From an uncultured Candidatus Saccharibacteria bacterium (GTDB lineage Bacteria > Patescibacteriota > Minisyncoccia > UBA6257 > 1-14-0-10-40-38), in contig CAZIWN010000001.1 of NCBI GenBank assembly GCA_964543265.1, forward strand, positions 38,470-102,469: a stretch of DNA of 64,000 nt. Direction: 5' to 3'. Made by a program: the position numbers and the translations under genes. This document shows positions 18,300 through 28,864 of this stretch, one piece after another (the stretch's first letter is position 1; each line of letters opens with the position of its first letter). The notes beneath the pieces were generated by a model that did not search any database, was not told the DNA's origin, and worked only from the letters and a program-made list of their open reading frames with translations.

Positions 18300-18370
18300 G
18301 CTTCCATAGCTCAATGGTAGAGCAGCTGCCTTTTAAGCAGTTGACCAAGGTCCGATTCCTTGTGGAAGCA
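18300..18370 (+). tRNA. tRNA-Lys(UUU), CCA not encoded
   Basis: Acceptor gcttcca/tggaagc; anticodon loop CT-TTT-AA; T-loop reads TCCGATT. Confidence 0.9.
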
Positions 18371-18447
18371 CTAATTTACATTGATTTTGTTTTACTTTTC
18401 CTGTAAATTAATCATTATTAGTTTTTAACGTTAATACACAGAATTAA

Positions 18448-19695
18448 ATGAGAAAAAAGGCAATTACGATTTTTATCCTTATAGTTTTAATTTCGGTTCT
18501 TGGTGCTTTCTTTATTTATCCAAAAAACTGGGGCGCAAACACTCGCGCCTGGAAGTTGGGCTTAGACCTTATCGGAGGATCTCGTCTCACGTATGAAATA
18601 GATATGTCTGGAGTTAAGTCTGCAGATCAAGACTCGGTTGCTTCTGGTCTCCGCGACGTCATCGAAAAAAGAGTTAATCTTTTCGGAGTTTCTGAGCCAC
18701 AAGTTTACAGTGCCAAATCTGGAGATGCTTATAGATTATCGGTTGAACTCGCTGGCATTAAAGATATAGCTGAAGCTATAAAACAAATTGGTGAAACACC
18801 ATATCTCTTCTTCGCTGAGGGAAAAGAGTCTAAAGTTGGAACAACCACAGAAACAAAATTCGTACCAACTGCCTTAGATGGAAGATATATTATTAATGCT
18901 TCTTTGGGCTTTAGCAGTAATAATGCCTTAAGTGGACCAGAAATTCTTTTAACCTTCAACGATGAAGGATCAAAATTATTCGAAGAAGTTACCGCAAGAA
19001 ATATTGGCAAACCAGTTGGGGTATTTTTGGATGGAAATCTAATCACTGCTCCAATAGTGCAGGGTAAAATTTCTGGAGGTAAGGCCCAAATCACTGGCAA
19101 CTTTACTCAAAAAGAAGCAAAGGAAATGGTTTCTCGTTTTAATGCCGGAGCTCTTCCTGCGCCAATTAGACTAATCAGTCAATCAACCGTTGGAGCTTCA
19201 ATCGGATCAGACTCATTAAGGCAAACTCTTTTAGCTGGTTTAGTCGGAATGATTTTAGTTATCTTCTTGATGCTAGTTTATTATGGATTGAACGGCTTAG
19301 CTGCAACCATCGCCTTAATCATCTACACAATTTTAGCCGGAGCCATCTTTAAACTTTTCGGAATAACAATGACTCTTTCTGGAATCGCCGGTTTTATCCT
19401 TTCCATAGGAATGGCTGTTGATGCCAATATTTTAATCTTTGAACGCACCAAAGAGGAATCCAAAAAGGGATTAGATAAAGCCACTTCTTTAGAAGAGGGT
19501 TTCAAGAGAGCCTGGCTTTCTATTAGGGATTCAAACATTTCAACCATCATCACTGCATTAATTCTTTATTATTCCACAACAGGATTTATTAAGGGATTTT
19601 CCCTAACTCTTTTAATCGGAGTTTTGGTTTCAATGTTTTCAGCCATCACAGTCACAAGGGCGATTTTGAGATCTTTCATTAAAAACAACAACTAA
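18448..19695 (+). CDS. secD: Protein translocase subunit SecD
   Basis: LGLDLIGG, RVNLFGVSEP, GMAVDANILIFER. Confidence 0.95.
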   Translation: MRKKAITIFILIVLISVLGAFFIYPKNWGANTRAWKLGLDLIGGSRLTYEIDMSGVKSADQDSVASGLRDVIEKRVNLFGVSEPQVYSAKSGDAYRLSVELAGIKDIAEAIKQIGETPYLFFAEGKESKVGTTTETKFVPTALDGRYIINASLGFSSNNALSGPEILLTFNDEGSKLFEEVTARNIGKPVGVFLDGNLITAPIVQGKISGGKAQITGNFTQKEAKEMVSRFNAGALPAPIRLISQSTVGASIGSDSLRQTLLAGLVGMILVIFLMLVYYGLNGLAATIALIIYTILAGAIFKLFGITMTLSGIAGFILSIGMAVDANILIFERTKEESKKGLDKATSLEEGFKRAWLSIRDSNISTIITALILYYSTTGFIKGFSLTLLIGVLVSMFSAITVTRAILRSFIKNNN

Positions 19696-19700
19696 AATCT

Positions 19701-20594
19701 ATGAATGTAATCGGAAAAAAATGGCTATTTATTAGCGTCTCGGCAATATTAGTTTTACTAAGCATATTCTCTATAAGTTTTTATGGTTTTAAATTAGGAA
19801 TAGATTTCACCGGTGGAACTCTCTGGCAGGTTAAGTTTGATTCACAAGTCTCTCGCGAAGATTTATCAAAATTTTTCAAGGAAAGTCTTAAAATAGATTC
19901 AGTTTCCATCGTTCCAGAAACTTCAAATAATTCCTTCATTATCAGATTACCAGAATTAAACGAGGTAGATCATCAAAAAAATTTTCAGGCCATCTCTAAG
20001 CAATTCGGAAAAACCGATGAACTTCTTTTTGAATCAATCGGAGCCTCTATCGGTGGGGAATTAAGAAGCAAAGCCATCACGGCCTTTATTTTAGTCTTGG
20101 TTGGTATCTCTTTATATATAGCTTTCGCTTTCAGAAAAGTTTCCAGACCAATCAGTTCTTGGAAGTATGGAGTAATCACTCTCTTAACTCTTTTCCACGA
20201 CGCTATAATCCCAGCCGGACTTTTCTCATATTTAGGTCATAAAATGGGAGTTGAAGTTGATACAAACTTCATTGTTGCAATCTTAGTGGTTATGGGTTTC
20301 TCGGTTCACGACACTATCGTTGTTTTTGATAGAATCAGAGAAAATCTAAGACGCATCGGTGGTAAAGCAGTTGATTTTAATTCTTTAGTAAATGATTCAG
20401 TCAATCAGACATTTGTTCGTTCAGTTAATACTTCTTTAACCCTTATTTTGGTTTTGATTGCTCTCTACTTCTTAGGGGCAGTAAGTCTTAAATATTTCGT
20501 TCTAACAATGCTTGTGGGAACCATAGTTGGAACTTATTCTTCAATCTTTATAGCGAGTCCATTCCTTACAATTTGGAGAAAGAAAGAAAATTAA
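19701..20594 (+). CDS. secF: Protein translocase subunit SecF
   Basis: GIDFTGG, GFSVHDTIVVFDRIREN, GTYSSIFIASP. Confidence 0.95.
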   Translation: MNVIGKKWLFISVSAILVLLSIFSISFYGFKLGIDFTGGTLWQVKFDSQVSREDLSKFFKESLKIDSVSIVPETSNNSFIIRLPELNEVDHQKNFQAISKQFGKTDELLFESIGASIGGELRSKAITAFILVLVGISLYIAFAFRKVSRPISSWKYGVITLLTLFHDAIIPAGLFSYLGHKMGVEVDTNFIVAILVVMGFSVHDTIVVFDRIRENLRRIGGKAVDFNSLVNDSVNQTFVRSVNTSLTLILVLIALYFLGAVSLKYFVLTMLVGTIVGTYSSIFIASPFLTIWRKKEN

Positions 20595-20609
20595 ATTTTA
20601 CATGTTCTT

Positions 20610-20652
20610 AAAGACACAAAAAACACTCACCTTGAGTGTTTTTTGTGTCTTT
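20610..20652. terminator. Intrinsic terminator after secF
   Basis: 20-bp inverted repeat aaagacacaaaaaacactca/tgagtgttttttgtgtcttt. Confidence 0.8.
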
Positions 20653-20683
20653 TGGGGAAATCTTTTTATGTAAGCCATATAAT

Positions 20684-20777
20684 TTGACACTATTCAACAT
20701 ATCTGATATACTATATAAACAAAAACCTAAAACACGGATTCGCCATATTTGACATTGATTTTGTAAAGTGGTAGTCT
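20684..20777 (+). promoter_or_regulatory. Two tandem sigma70-type promoters
   Basis: TTGACA(20684)-17-TATACT and TTGACA(20749)-17-TAGTCT, both with extended -10 TG. Confidence 0.7.
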
Positions 20778-20814
20778 TGTTTATATAAATAAAAGAGGTG
20801 ATTTTGGCAAAAAC

Positions 20815-21888
20815 ATGGTTACAAAAAACAAAATGTTTGAAAATGTAAATACGTTCGTCGATGACTTCTTAAAATCTAATCTTTCAGGAAGATACCAAGA
20901 AGTTATTAGGTGTCGCTATGGAATTGATGGCGCCAACCCAGAAACTTTGCAAGCTATCGGAAATCGCTATGGTATTACCAGAGAAAGAGTCCGCCAGATA
21001 GAAGCTCTCGCCTTAGAAAATCTTTTAAAAGTTGCCAAAAACTATCCAAACCTTATTAAGTTAATGGATACAGCTACAAGCAGATTAAAATCTGTAGGTG
21101 GAATAGAAGAGGAAGGATCTCTTTTGAATTATTTAAAAACATCTTTAAATCATGGAGAAATAGATGCTAGATTTGCCAATTCAATTAAGTTTGTTTTAGA
21201 GCTTTCTGGAAAAATCAATCGCCACAGCGATAATTATGATAAAGATTGGAGATGTTATTGGTATTTAGGAAAGGAAGAAGAGTCTAAAGCAAAAGGCTTC
21301 ATTACTAAACTTGTTTCATCTCTAAATTCAAAAAAGAACGCTATCGTTTCAGGAAATAATTTTAATGAAGTTTTTGCTCAGGTAACAAAGCAAAGCAACT
21401 TAAAAGAAGAGACAGCTAAAAATCTATTAGCTATTTCTAAAAAGTTTGTCACTGGTCCTTTTGGGCACTTCGGTCTTGCTGATTGGTCAGAAATAAATCC
21501 AAAAACAGCCAGAGATTGGGCTTATGCTATTTTAAAGAAAGAACAAAAACCGCTTCACTTCTCCGAGCTTTACAAAATGATCTCTGGACATAGATCTGAT
21601 AAAAAGACTAATCTCCAAACTGTTCACAACGAATTAATTAAAGACGAAAGATTTGTCTTAGTCGGTCGCGGACTTTATGGATTAAAAGAGCACGGATTAA
21701 TCCCTGGAACTGCCAAAGAAATAATTGCTCATTTCTTGAAAAAGCATGGTCCAATGACTCATAAAGAAATCAGCGAGCTTGTCTTAGGTCAAAGGATGAT
21801 CAAGCCAACAACAATAATGATCAATCTTCAAAATAAGAAGCACTTCGTAAGCACTCCAGACGGAAAATACGACGTAAAAGAAGCTTAA
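20815..21888 (+). CDS. Sigma70 region-4-like HTH plus C-terminal HARE-HTH/winged-helix protein
   Basis: TLQAIGNRYGITRERVRQIE; PLHFSEL...VHNELIKDERFVLVGRGLYGL. Confidence 0.8.
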   Translation: MVTKNKMFENVNTFVDDFLKSNLSGRYQEVIRCRYGIDGANPETLQAIGNRYGITRERVRQIEALALENLLKVAKNYPNLIKLMDTATSRLKSVGGIEEEGSLLNYLKTSLNHGEIDARFANSIKFVLELSGKINRHSDNYDKDWRCYWYLGKEEESKAKGFITKLVSSLNSKKNAIVSGNNFNEVFAQVTKQSNLKEETAKNLLAISKKFVTGPFGHFGLADWSEINPKTARDWAYAILKKEQKPLHFSELYKMISGHRSDKKTNLQTVHNELIKDERFVLVGRGLYGLKEHGLIPGTAKEIIAHFLKKHGPMTHKEISELVLGQRMIKPTTIMINLQNKKHFVSTPDGKYDVKEA

Positions 21889-21929
21889 TAAAAAAACAGT
21901 CCCGATATATATCGCGACTGTTTTTTTAT
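21888..21929 (+). terminator. Intrinsic terminator
   Basis: aaaaaaacagtc...gactgttttttt. Confidence 0.7.
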
Positions 21930-21952
21930 GTTAATATATATCTAATACAGAT

Positions 21953-23275
21953 ATGTTTGATTTTATAAAAAACTTCTTAGGATCAGATGTTCTAAATTAT
22001 GTTTTAGTTGGAATTAAGGCGATATACCCAATCATAATTTTTCCGATAATATTTGAAGTCACCAGATCTCTCTGGTTATTTTGGAGGCAATCAATTTTTA
22101 AAGCAGGAATTAAATTTGTTGTTTTAGAAATGAGAATTCCTAGAGAAATCTTGAAAAGCCCTCAGGCCATGGAGCAAGTTTTAGTCGGAATGCATTCATT
22201 GAGAAATTCCCCAAGTGATTTTAATAGAAATATAAGAGAAAAATATTGGGACGGAGAGGTTACTAAATGGTTTACCTTAGAAATAGTTTCCGATGGTGGG
22301 GAGCTTCATTTTTATATAGTTACAGATAAAAAATTAAGAAGTTTAGTTGAAACATCTTTTTTTTCATATTATCCAGATCTAGAACTTGTTGAGGTTCCAG
22401 ATTATATGCCTCGTATTCCCAAAAATACTGGAGAACTCGAAGCTCAAGATAAAGATATTTGGGGTGTTGAATTGGTGCTTGGCAAGGAAGAAGCATATCC
22501 AATCAAAAGCTACACCGAGTTTGAATCTCCCGACGATGCTAAAAAATTTGATCCAGCTTCAGTCTTTTTAGAAATAATGAGTAAAATCCAGAAAGTTGAA
22601 TTTTTAAGTATACAAATAGTAATAGCTCCAGGAGATCCAAAATGGTTTGAAGCTTTCGATGATTTATTAGAAGAAATTAAAGGATTGAAACAAGAAGAAG
22701 ATTCAGATATAAAAAATTTAAGCAAACTCTACGCTAGAACTCCTGGTGAAACGGAGGTATTAAAGGCTGTTGAAAAAAATCTCTCCAAACCTTGTTTTGA
22801 TACTATTATTAGAATTTTCTATCTTTCCTCTAAGGGAACGTTCTTGGATTCTTATGCCAGAAGGGGTATGATCGGAGCTTTTAATCAATATAGTAATTTA
22901 GAGTTAAATTCTTTTAAACAAAATTTTCCAACCGGAACAGGAGTTCTTCCTTGGGCTCCACCATTCTTTTTCTCAGACATAAGATCAAAATATAGGAAAA
23001 ATAGATTTTTGAATTGGTATATAAATAGAGAAGTTCCCCCAGAAACTAAAATGGGCAGATGGATAACCTCTTATTTTTGGAATAAAAATTACGGCTCAAA
23101 ATTTGTTAAATTAAACACAGAATCAATTGCCAGCATCTTTCATCCGCCAACCAATCTTGTCTTAACAGCTCCTCACATCAAAAGAATGGAAAGTAAAAAA
23201 GCTTCTCCATCTGCTGGAATGTCTATTTTTGGAGATGAGAAAGATATAGAAATGTTTACCAAGAAGCAAAAATAA
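21953..23275 (+). CDS. Conserved hypothetical protein with N-terminal TM, of the type associated with CPR VirD4/HerA-like ATPases
   Basis: LE..IPRE..KSP.AMEQ, FTLEIVS, YPD.E..EV.DY, YPIKSY, E..S.FHPP. Confidence 0.65.
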   Translation: MFDFIKNFLGSDVLNYVLVGIKAIYPIIIFPIIFEVTRSLWLFWRQSIFKAGIKFVVLEMRIPREILKSPQAMEQVLVGMHSLRNSPSDFNRNIREKYWDGEVTKWFTLEIVSDGGELHFYIVTDKKLRSLVETSFFSYYPDLELVEVPDYMPRIPKNTGELEAQDKDIWGVELVLGKEEAYPIKSYTEFESPDDAKKFDPASVFLEIMSKIQKVEFLSIQIVIAPGDPKWFEAFDDLLEEIKGLKQEEDSDIKNLSKLYARTPGETEVLKAVEKNLSKPCFDTIIRIFYLSSKGTFLDSYARRGMIGAFNQYSNLELNSFKQNFPTGTGVLPWAPPFFFSDIRSKYRKNRFLNWYINREVPPETKMGRWITSYFWNKNYGSKFVKLNTESIASIFHPPTNLVLTAPHIKRMESKKASPSAGMSIFGDEKDIEMFTKKQK

Positions 23276-23276
23276 T

Positions 23277-23882
23277 ATGAATAATTCTTTCGATTTTAAT
23301 ATAATAAATTCATTTATAGATAATCCTTTTGGGTTTGTTAACGTTATTTGGAAATTTATAGTATCTTTATTCACTGGAACAGATGTTGGTGGTTACACGT
23401 TTTCTGCCTTCGGAATAATTAGAACTATGTTTTTAATTTTAGATATTATTCTAATAATTTTATTTTTTATCGCCTTTTTTGCTTCATTAAAATTCAAACC
23501 AGATCTTGTTCCAAGGAAACCTAAACCAGAAACAAAGTCTAGAGAGTTAAAAATTAGAGAAAAAGCTTTTCGTGATCGCTGGATTAATGTCTTAAAGGTT
23601 GCCTCTCAAGGAACACCAGAAGCATTAAAAGTTGCCATAATCGACGCCGACAAACTGGCCGACGATTCCCTAAAGCAATTAGGTATTATAGGGGAGACTA
23701 TGGCAGATAGGATCGAAGAAATAACTTCAGACGAAGTGGCTTCGATAGATAGATTATTATCTGCCCACAGAGTCAGAAACGATCTAGTTCATAATCCTGG
23801 CTTTGAAATTTCAAAACACAAAGCCAAAAATCTTCTCGAAGACTACGAAGCATTCTTTAAAGACATAGATTTATTAAGTTAG
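23277..23882 (+). CDS. Membrane-anchored hypothetical protein with helical C-terminal domain
   Basis: One TM; AIIDADKL.D..L...G..GETM..R, AHRVRNDLVH (RxxxxH, HEPN-like). Confidence 0.65.
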   Translation: MNNSFDFNIINSFIDNPFGFVNVIWKFIVSLFTGTDVGGYTFSAFGIIRTMFLILDIILIILFFIAFFASLKFKPDLVPRKPKPETKSRELKIREKAFRDRWINVLKVASQGTPEALKVAIIDADKLADDSLKQLGIIGETMADRIEEITSDEVASIDRLLSAHRVRNDLVHNPGFEISKHKAKNLLEDYEAFFKDIDLLS

Positions 23883-23892
23883 TTCCAGCAAT

Positions 23893-25323
23893 ATGCCAAA
23901 ATCAAGCAAGGTTCAGATAATAAAATACGCGCCACCGCCGTCAGAACTTCCAATTTACGGCAAAGTTGAATCAAGTAAGGTTTCTTTTATTGGAAGAACT
24001 AATTACACGGCAGCATTAGAAGAAAAAAAATTCATCTTCGGCATTAAGAGGGCCGATAGGCGCCGTCATGTTTATATCATTGGTAAATCTGGTGTTGGCA
24101 AATCCAAATTATTAGAGCTTTTTATTCGCCAAGATATTTCTTGGGGTTATGGAGTTTGCTTAGTCGATCCGCACGGAGACGTGATAGATAATATTTTGGA
24201 TTTTATTCCAGAAAACAGAATTAACGATGTTTTATTAATAGATCCTTCAGATAAAGATTTTCCGGTTTCTTTCAATCCATTAAAGAATGTCGATCCTAAT
24301 TTCAAACACCAGCTTGCTCAAGGCCTTATTGAGGTTATGCAAAAACAATTTGGCGCCAATTGGACACCTCGTTTAGAGCACGTTTTCAGATTCACTATTC
24401 TTGCATTGCTAGATTATCCAGATGCGACGATGAAAGGTATGATTTTGATTTTAACCGACAGGAGTTATCGCCAAAAAGTAATTGAACATATTACAGACGA
24501 TATGGTTAAGCGTTTTTGGGCCACAGAATTTGCCGACTGGTCAGAAAAATTTGATACAGAAGCCATTATTCCTTTAGTAAATAAATTAGGGCAGTTTCTT
24601 TCCAATCCTTTATTAAGGAATATTTTCGGGCAAACCGAAAACAAAGTTGATTTCGAAAAACTAATGAACGAACAAAAGATTATTTTAATTAATCTTTCAA
24701 AAGGTAAACTTGGAGAAGAAAATTCCAGTTTTTTAGGTTCAATGTTTATTACTAAGATAAAACAAGCTGGTATGGCTCGCGCCAATTTAAGAGAAAAGGA
24801 AAGAAAAGATTTTTATCTCTACGTGGATGAATTTCACAATCTTGTTACGGCAACTTTTGAAAATCTTCTATCCGAAGCTAGAAAATACGGTCTTTGCTTA
24901 ACTGTCGCTCATCAATATTCCGGACAATTAATTCCAATTGTTCAAGCTGCGGTTTTGGGCAATACTGGTTGTTTAATTGTTTTCAGAATTGGCGGGGAAG
25001 ATGCTGTTAAACTCCAACCAGAAATGGCGCCAGTTTTTGAAGTGAAAGATATGATTAATCTTGGTATGCAGGAATTTTATATAAAAATGACTATAGATGG
25101 AGAAACTTATGATCCATTTTCCGCAGAAACATTAAAAATTCTCCCAAGCGTTCATTCCTCGTTCAGAGATAAAATTATAGAATCTTCTAGAAAAAAATAT
25201 GCTATTTCTCTTTCAGAATTAAATGTAGACCCAAACACTTCAAAAAAATCAGAATCTAAAATTATTGAAAATAAAAATAATTCAGAAACAAATCTCCACT
25301 CTCAACCAGAACCTCTAATATGA
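23893..25323 (+). CDS. VirD4/TraD/HerA-like (FtsK-HerA superfamily) ATPase, copy 1
   Basis: Walker A IIGKSGVGKS, DPHGD, Walker B LYVDEFHN, SEARKY, AHQ. Confidence 0.88.
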   Translation: MPKSSKVQIIKYAPPPSELPIYGKVESSKVSFIGRTNYTAALEEKKFIFGIKRADRRRHVYIIGKSGVGKSKLLELFIRQDISWGYGVCLVDPHGDVIDNILDFIPENRINDVLLIDPSDKDFPVSFNPLKNVDPNFKHQLAQGLIEVMQKQFGANWTPRLEHVFRFTILALLDYPDATMKGMILILTDRSYRQKVIEHITDDMVKRFWATEFADWSEKFDTEAIIPLVNKLGQFLSNPLLRNIFGQTENKVDFEKLMNEQKIILINLSKGKLGEENSSFLGSMFITKIKQAGMARANLREKERKDFYLYVDEFHNLVTATFENLLSEARKYGLCLTVAHQYSGQLIPIVQAAVLGNTGCLIVFRIGGEDAVKLQPEMAPVFEVKDMINLGMQEFYIKMTIDGETYDPFSAETLKILPSVHSSFRDKIIESSRKKYAISLSELNVDPNTSKKSESKIIENKNNSETNLHSQPEPLI

Positions 25324-27065
25324 TAAAAATCTGCCAATTCTGTAAAAAAGATTTTGAAGTAACTCCAGACGATGTGGTTTTTTACGAATCCGTAAAAGTC
25401 CCTCATCCTACATGGTGCGAAGAATGCAGAATGCTCCGCAGATTTATTTGGATGAATCAAAGAGTTCTATACAGAAGAAAGGATTCTTTAACAGGTAAAG
25501 AGATATTTTCTGGAATCCACGAATCAGCTCCGGTGAAAGTTTGCGATAGGGATTTTTGGTGGGGTGATGGCTGGGATCCTATAATTTTCGGTAAAGAGTA
25601 TGATTCTTCTAAAACATTTTTTGGGCAATTTAAAGATTTGATGCAGTCCGTTCCTTGGGCGGCTAGAAATGTAGTTAACTTAAACAATTCAGATTACACC
25701 AACGATGCTAGCGAGCTTAAAAATTCTTATCTATGTTTTTCCTCTTCTAGAATAGAAAACAGTGGTTATTTAATGATGGCAACAGATATCAAAGACAGTT
25801 TCGATCTTTTCGAAACAGGGGATAGCGAACTTTGTTATGAGGGTTATATGGTAGACGATTCTTATAAGGTTTTTTATTCCATCAATTGCGATAATTGTTC
25901 AAATATCTGGTTCTCAAAGGATTTAATGGGTTGTGAAAATTGTTTTGGCTGCGTTAATTTAGTTAATAAATCTTATTGCATTTGGAACGAGCAAAAAACC
26001 AAAGAGGAATTTGAGGAATTTATGAATAAGTTTAAATCCGGATCTTATTCCGAAATTTCTTCGACTATTAAAAAGTCTAGAGAATTTTGGAGCAATTTTC
26101 CTGTCAGGTTTACTCTCGGATTTAGAAACTTTGATTGTTGGGGCGAACACATCCAAGATTCAAAAAACGTTAAGCACTCATTTGACATTCATTCTTCCGA
26201 AAATCTTAAATATTGCCAAATGATAGATGATGGCAATAATTCCTATGACCAAACCCTTTGGGGAGACAATTCTTCTTATGTTTATGAGGGTGTAAATCTT
26301 GGAGCTAACGTTAATAACATAAAATTTTCATACAATATCTGGCCAGAATCTTTTGATGTGGAATATTCTGCATTTTGCCATTCTTCGTCAAATCTTTTCG
26401 GATGTTTCGGCTTGAGAAAAAAAGAATATTGCATCTTAAATAAGCAATATCCTAAAGAAGAATATTTTAAGCTCAAAGAAAAAATTGTTCAGGAAATGAA
26501 TTTAAATCCATATACAGATAAAATGGGTATTATTTATAAATATGGAGAATTTTTCCCAATTGAATTTTCCCCATTCGGCTATAACGAAACTATGCTCAAT
26601 AAGTTCTTTCCAAAAACAGAGACAGAAGCAGTTTCGTTAGGATTTAAGTGGTTAAAAGAAAATAAAAAAGAGTTTCAGTCCACTGTCGAATCAAATAATT
26701 TAGCGGACGATATTTCTAATATCGGTCAATATATTTTAAAAGAAATCATAAAATGCAGCTCTTGCGCTTCTGTTTACAGAATAATTCCTTTAGAGTTGGA
26801 ATTTTTAAAGCAAAACAAATTGCCTGTTCCACGAAGCTGTCCAGATTGCAGATTTAAAGACAGATTTCAATTTGTAAATCCTCCTAAGTATTGGGATAAG
26901 TCTTGTGATTGTGGATCTACGGAAGCGACAAGAATATATAAAAACAATAATTCTAATCACGCCCATCAAAACTCTCAATGTCAGAATAAATTCAAAACCA
27001 GCTATCCTCCAGGCAAAGCCAAAATAATATACTGCGAAGATTGTTATCGCAGTGAGATTATATAA
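25320..27065 (+). CDS. Cys-rich protein with terminal zinc ribbons and central Cys/Ser/Asn short repeats (CPR-widespread family)
   Basis: CQFC...P..CEECR, repeated C..CFGCVNL/LFGCFGL, CSSC...P..CPDCR, C-terminal YCEDCY. Confidence 0.75.
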   Translation: MIKICQFCKKDFEVTPDDVVFYESVKVPHPTWCEECRMLRRFIWMNQRVLYRRKDSLTGKEIFSGIHESAPVKVCDRDFWWGDGWDPIIFGKEYDSSKTFFGQFKDLMQSVPWAARNVVNLNNSDYTNDASELKNSYLCFSSSRIENSGYLMMATDIKDSFDLFETGDSELCYEGYMVDDSYKVFYSINCDNCSNIWFSKDLMGCENCFGCVNLVNKSYCIWNEQKTKEEFEEFMNKFKSGSYSEISSTIKKSREFWSNFPVRFTLGFRNFDCWGEHIQDSKNVKHSFDIHSSENLKYCQMIDDGNNSYDQTLWGDNSSYVYEGVNLGANVNNIKFSYNIWPESFDVEYSAFCHSSSNLFGCFGLRKKEYCILNKQYPKEEYFKLKEKIVQEMNLNPYTDKMGIIYKYGEFFPIEFSPFGYNETMLNKFFPKTETEAVSLGFKWLKENKKEFQSTVESNNLADDISNIGQYILKEIIKCSSCASVYRIIPLELEFLKQNKLPVPRSCPDCRFKDRFQFVNPPKYWDKSCDCGSTEATRIYKNNNSNHAHQNSQCQNKFKTSYPPGKAKIIYCEDCYRSEII

Positions 27066-27085
27066 TTCTTTGATATACTTAATTT

Positions 27086-28864
27086 ATGGCAGAAGAACCA
27101 AGAAATAATAAAGATTTCATCTATTTAGGAAAAACAAACTTCCGAAACGCCGAGCGCCTTTTCGGCATAAAAAGAAAAGATAGGCGACAGCACACATATA
27201 TCATCGGTAAATCTGGCGGTGGTAAAAGCGCCTTGATTCACAATATGATCGTTCAAGACATTATGAATGGAGACGGATTAGCTATTGTTGATCCTCACGG
27301 AGAGCTTGTTGAATCAATCTTGGATAAAATTCCAGAAAGTAGAGTTAATGATGTTGTTTATTTAAATCCAGCCGATCCCGATTTTCATATTGGCTTTAAT
27401 GTTTTAGAGGTTCCAGATCCAAACTATAGGCATTTAATCGCCTCTGGCTTAATGTCTATTTTCACTAAAATCTGGGCAGGAGTTTGGTCCGCTAGAATGG
27501 AATACATTTTAAACAATGCCGTCTTAGCTCTTCTAGAAAATCCAGGCTCGACACTTTTAGGTTTAACTAGAATTTTGGTTGATAGAGGCTATAGGCAAAA
27601 ACTTGTGGCTAATATTAAAGATCCAGTAGTTAAAGCTTTTTGGGTTAATGAGTATGAACAATGGGAGCCAAAATTTAGAAACGAAGCCATAGCTCCAATT
27701 CAAAACAAGGTTGGTCAGTTTCTTTCCAGTAGCATCATTAGGAATATTGTTGGCCAAGCCAAAAGCACCATCAATTTTTTTGACATAATGAACGAGAAAA
27801 AAATTCTTCTCGTTAACGTTTCAAAAGGAAGAGTTGGAGAGGATAATTCTGCCCTACTTGGCGCAATGTTTATCACTAAAATCCAACTTGCCTCAATGGA
27901 GCGCGTCCGCATTGAAGAATCAGAAAGACAAGATTTCTATTTATATGTAGACGAATTTCAAAATTTTGCCACAGATTCTTTTGCCAGCATTCTTTCGGAA
28001 TCTAGAAAATATCGTCTAGATTTAATTATTGCTCATCAATACGTGGGGCAATTAGTCACATCTTCTTCGACCAAGGTTCGCGATGCAGTTTTTGGAAACG
28101 TGGGAACTATGATTGTCTTTAGGATCGGCGCAGCCGATGCCGAATTTTTACTGAACGAATTTTCTCCAGAAATAACTGAAGAAGATATGGTCAGTCTTCC
28201 AAATTACAACATCTATATCAAACTTTTAGTAGACGGAGTTTCAACTAGGCCATTTTCAGCTGTCACTTTGCCTCCATTTAATATTCCAGCAGTCTGCGCC
28301 CCAAGAGAGGCCGTTATAGAAAGCTCTAGGCGCCTTTATGCTAAATCTAGGGAATCTATAGAAAGAGAAATAGGTCGCTGGAGTGGAATGTCTGGTCCAG
28401 ATGTTGAAGATGATAAAGATTCAAAAGATAATCATAAAAATTCAGATCCAAAAACCGCTTCAGCTCCAAAAAGCGGAGAAGGTAAGTACGAGGCCAAGTG
28501 CGCCTCTTGTGGCAAGAACACTAAAGTTCATTTTAAGCCAACAGACGACAAGCCTGCCTATTGCGACGATTGTTTTAAGAAGATTAAAGCCAACAAATCA
28601 GAAGTAACTAAAAGCTATGAGTCCACTTTAGACACTTCCGATTTGGCCTCTATGGGAATTGAATTTGAGGTTAAAAAAGGTAATCCTAAACCAAAGGAGC
28701 CTGATAATAAAAAGATTAAACCAGCAGAAGAGATTCATTTAAAAGATCTTCCAGAAAGTAATTTCGTAAAGCATGAACACAAAAAAACAGACAAACAAAA
28801 AGCCGATATGGAAGAGTTAAAAAACGCTCTTCGAGACGCTTTAAATAAAAACGGTAAAGAATAA
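27086..28864 (+). CDS. VirD4/TraD/HerA-like ATPase, copy 2, with C-terminal CxxC-x17-CxxC zinc finger
   Basis: IIGKSGGGKS, DPHGE, LYVDEFQNF, SESRKY; CASC-17aa-CDDC. Confidence 0.88.
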   Translation: MAEEPRNNKDFIYLGKTNFRNAERLFGIKRKDRRQHTYIIGKSGGGKSALIHNMIVQDIMNGDGLAIVDPHGELVESILDKIPESRVNDVVYLNPADPDFHIGFNVLEVPDPNYRHLIASGLMSIFTKIWAGVWSARMEYILNNAVLALLENPGSTLLGLTRILVDRGYRQKLVANIKDPVVKAFWVNEYEQWEPKFRNEAIAPIQNKVGQFLSSSIIRNIVGQAKSTINFFDIMNEKKILLVNVSKGRVGEDNSALLGAMFITKIQLASMERVRIEESERQDFYLYVDEFQNFATDSFASILSESRKYRLDLIIAHQYVGQLVTSSSTKVRDAVFGNVGTMIVFRIGAADAEFLLNEFSPEITEEDMVSLPNYNIYIKLLVDGVSTRPFSAVTLPPFNIPAVCAPREAVIESSRRLYAKSRESIEREIGRWSGMSGPDVEDDKDSKDNHKNSDPKTASAPKSGEGKYEAKCASCGKNTKVHFKPTDDKPAYCDDCFKKIKANKSEVTKSYESTLDTSDLASMGIEFEVKKGNPKPKEPDNKKIKPAEEIHLKDLPESNFVKHEHKKTDKQKADMEELKNALRDALNKNGKE

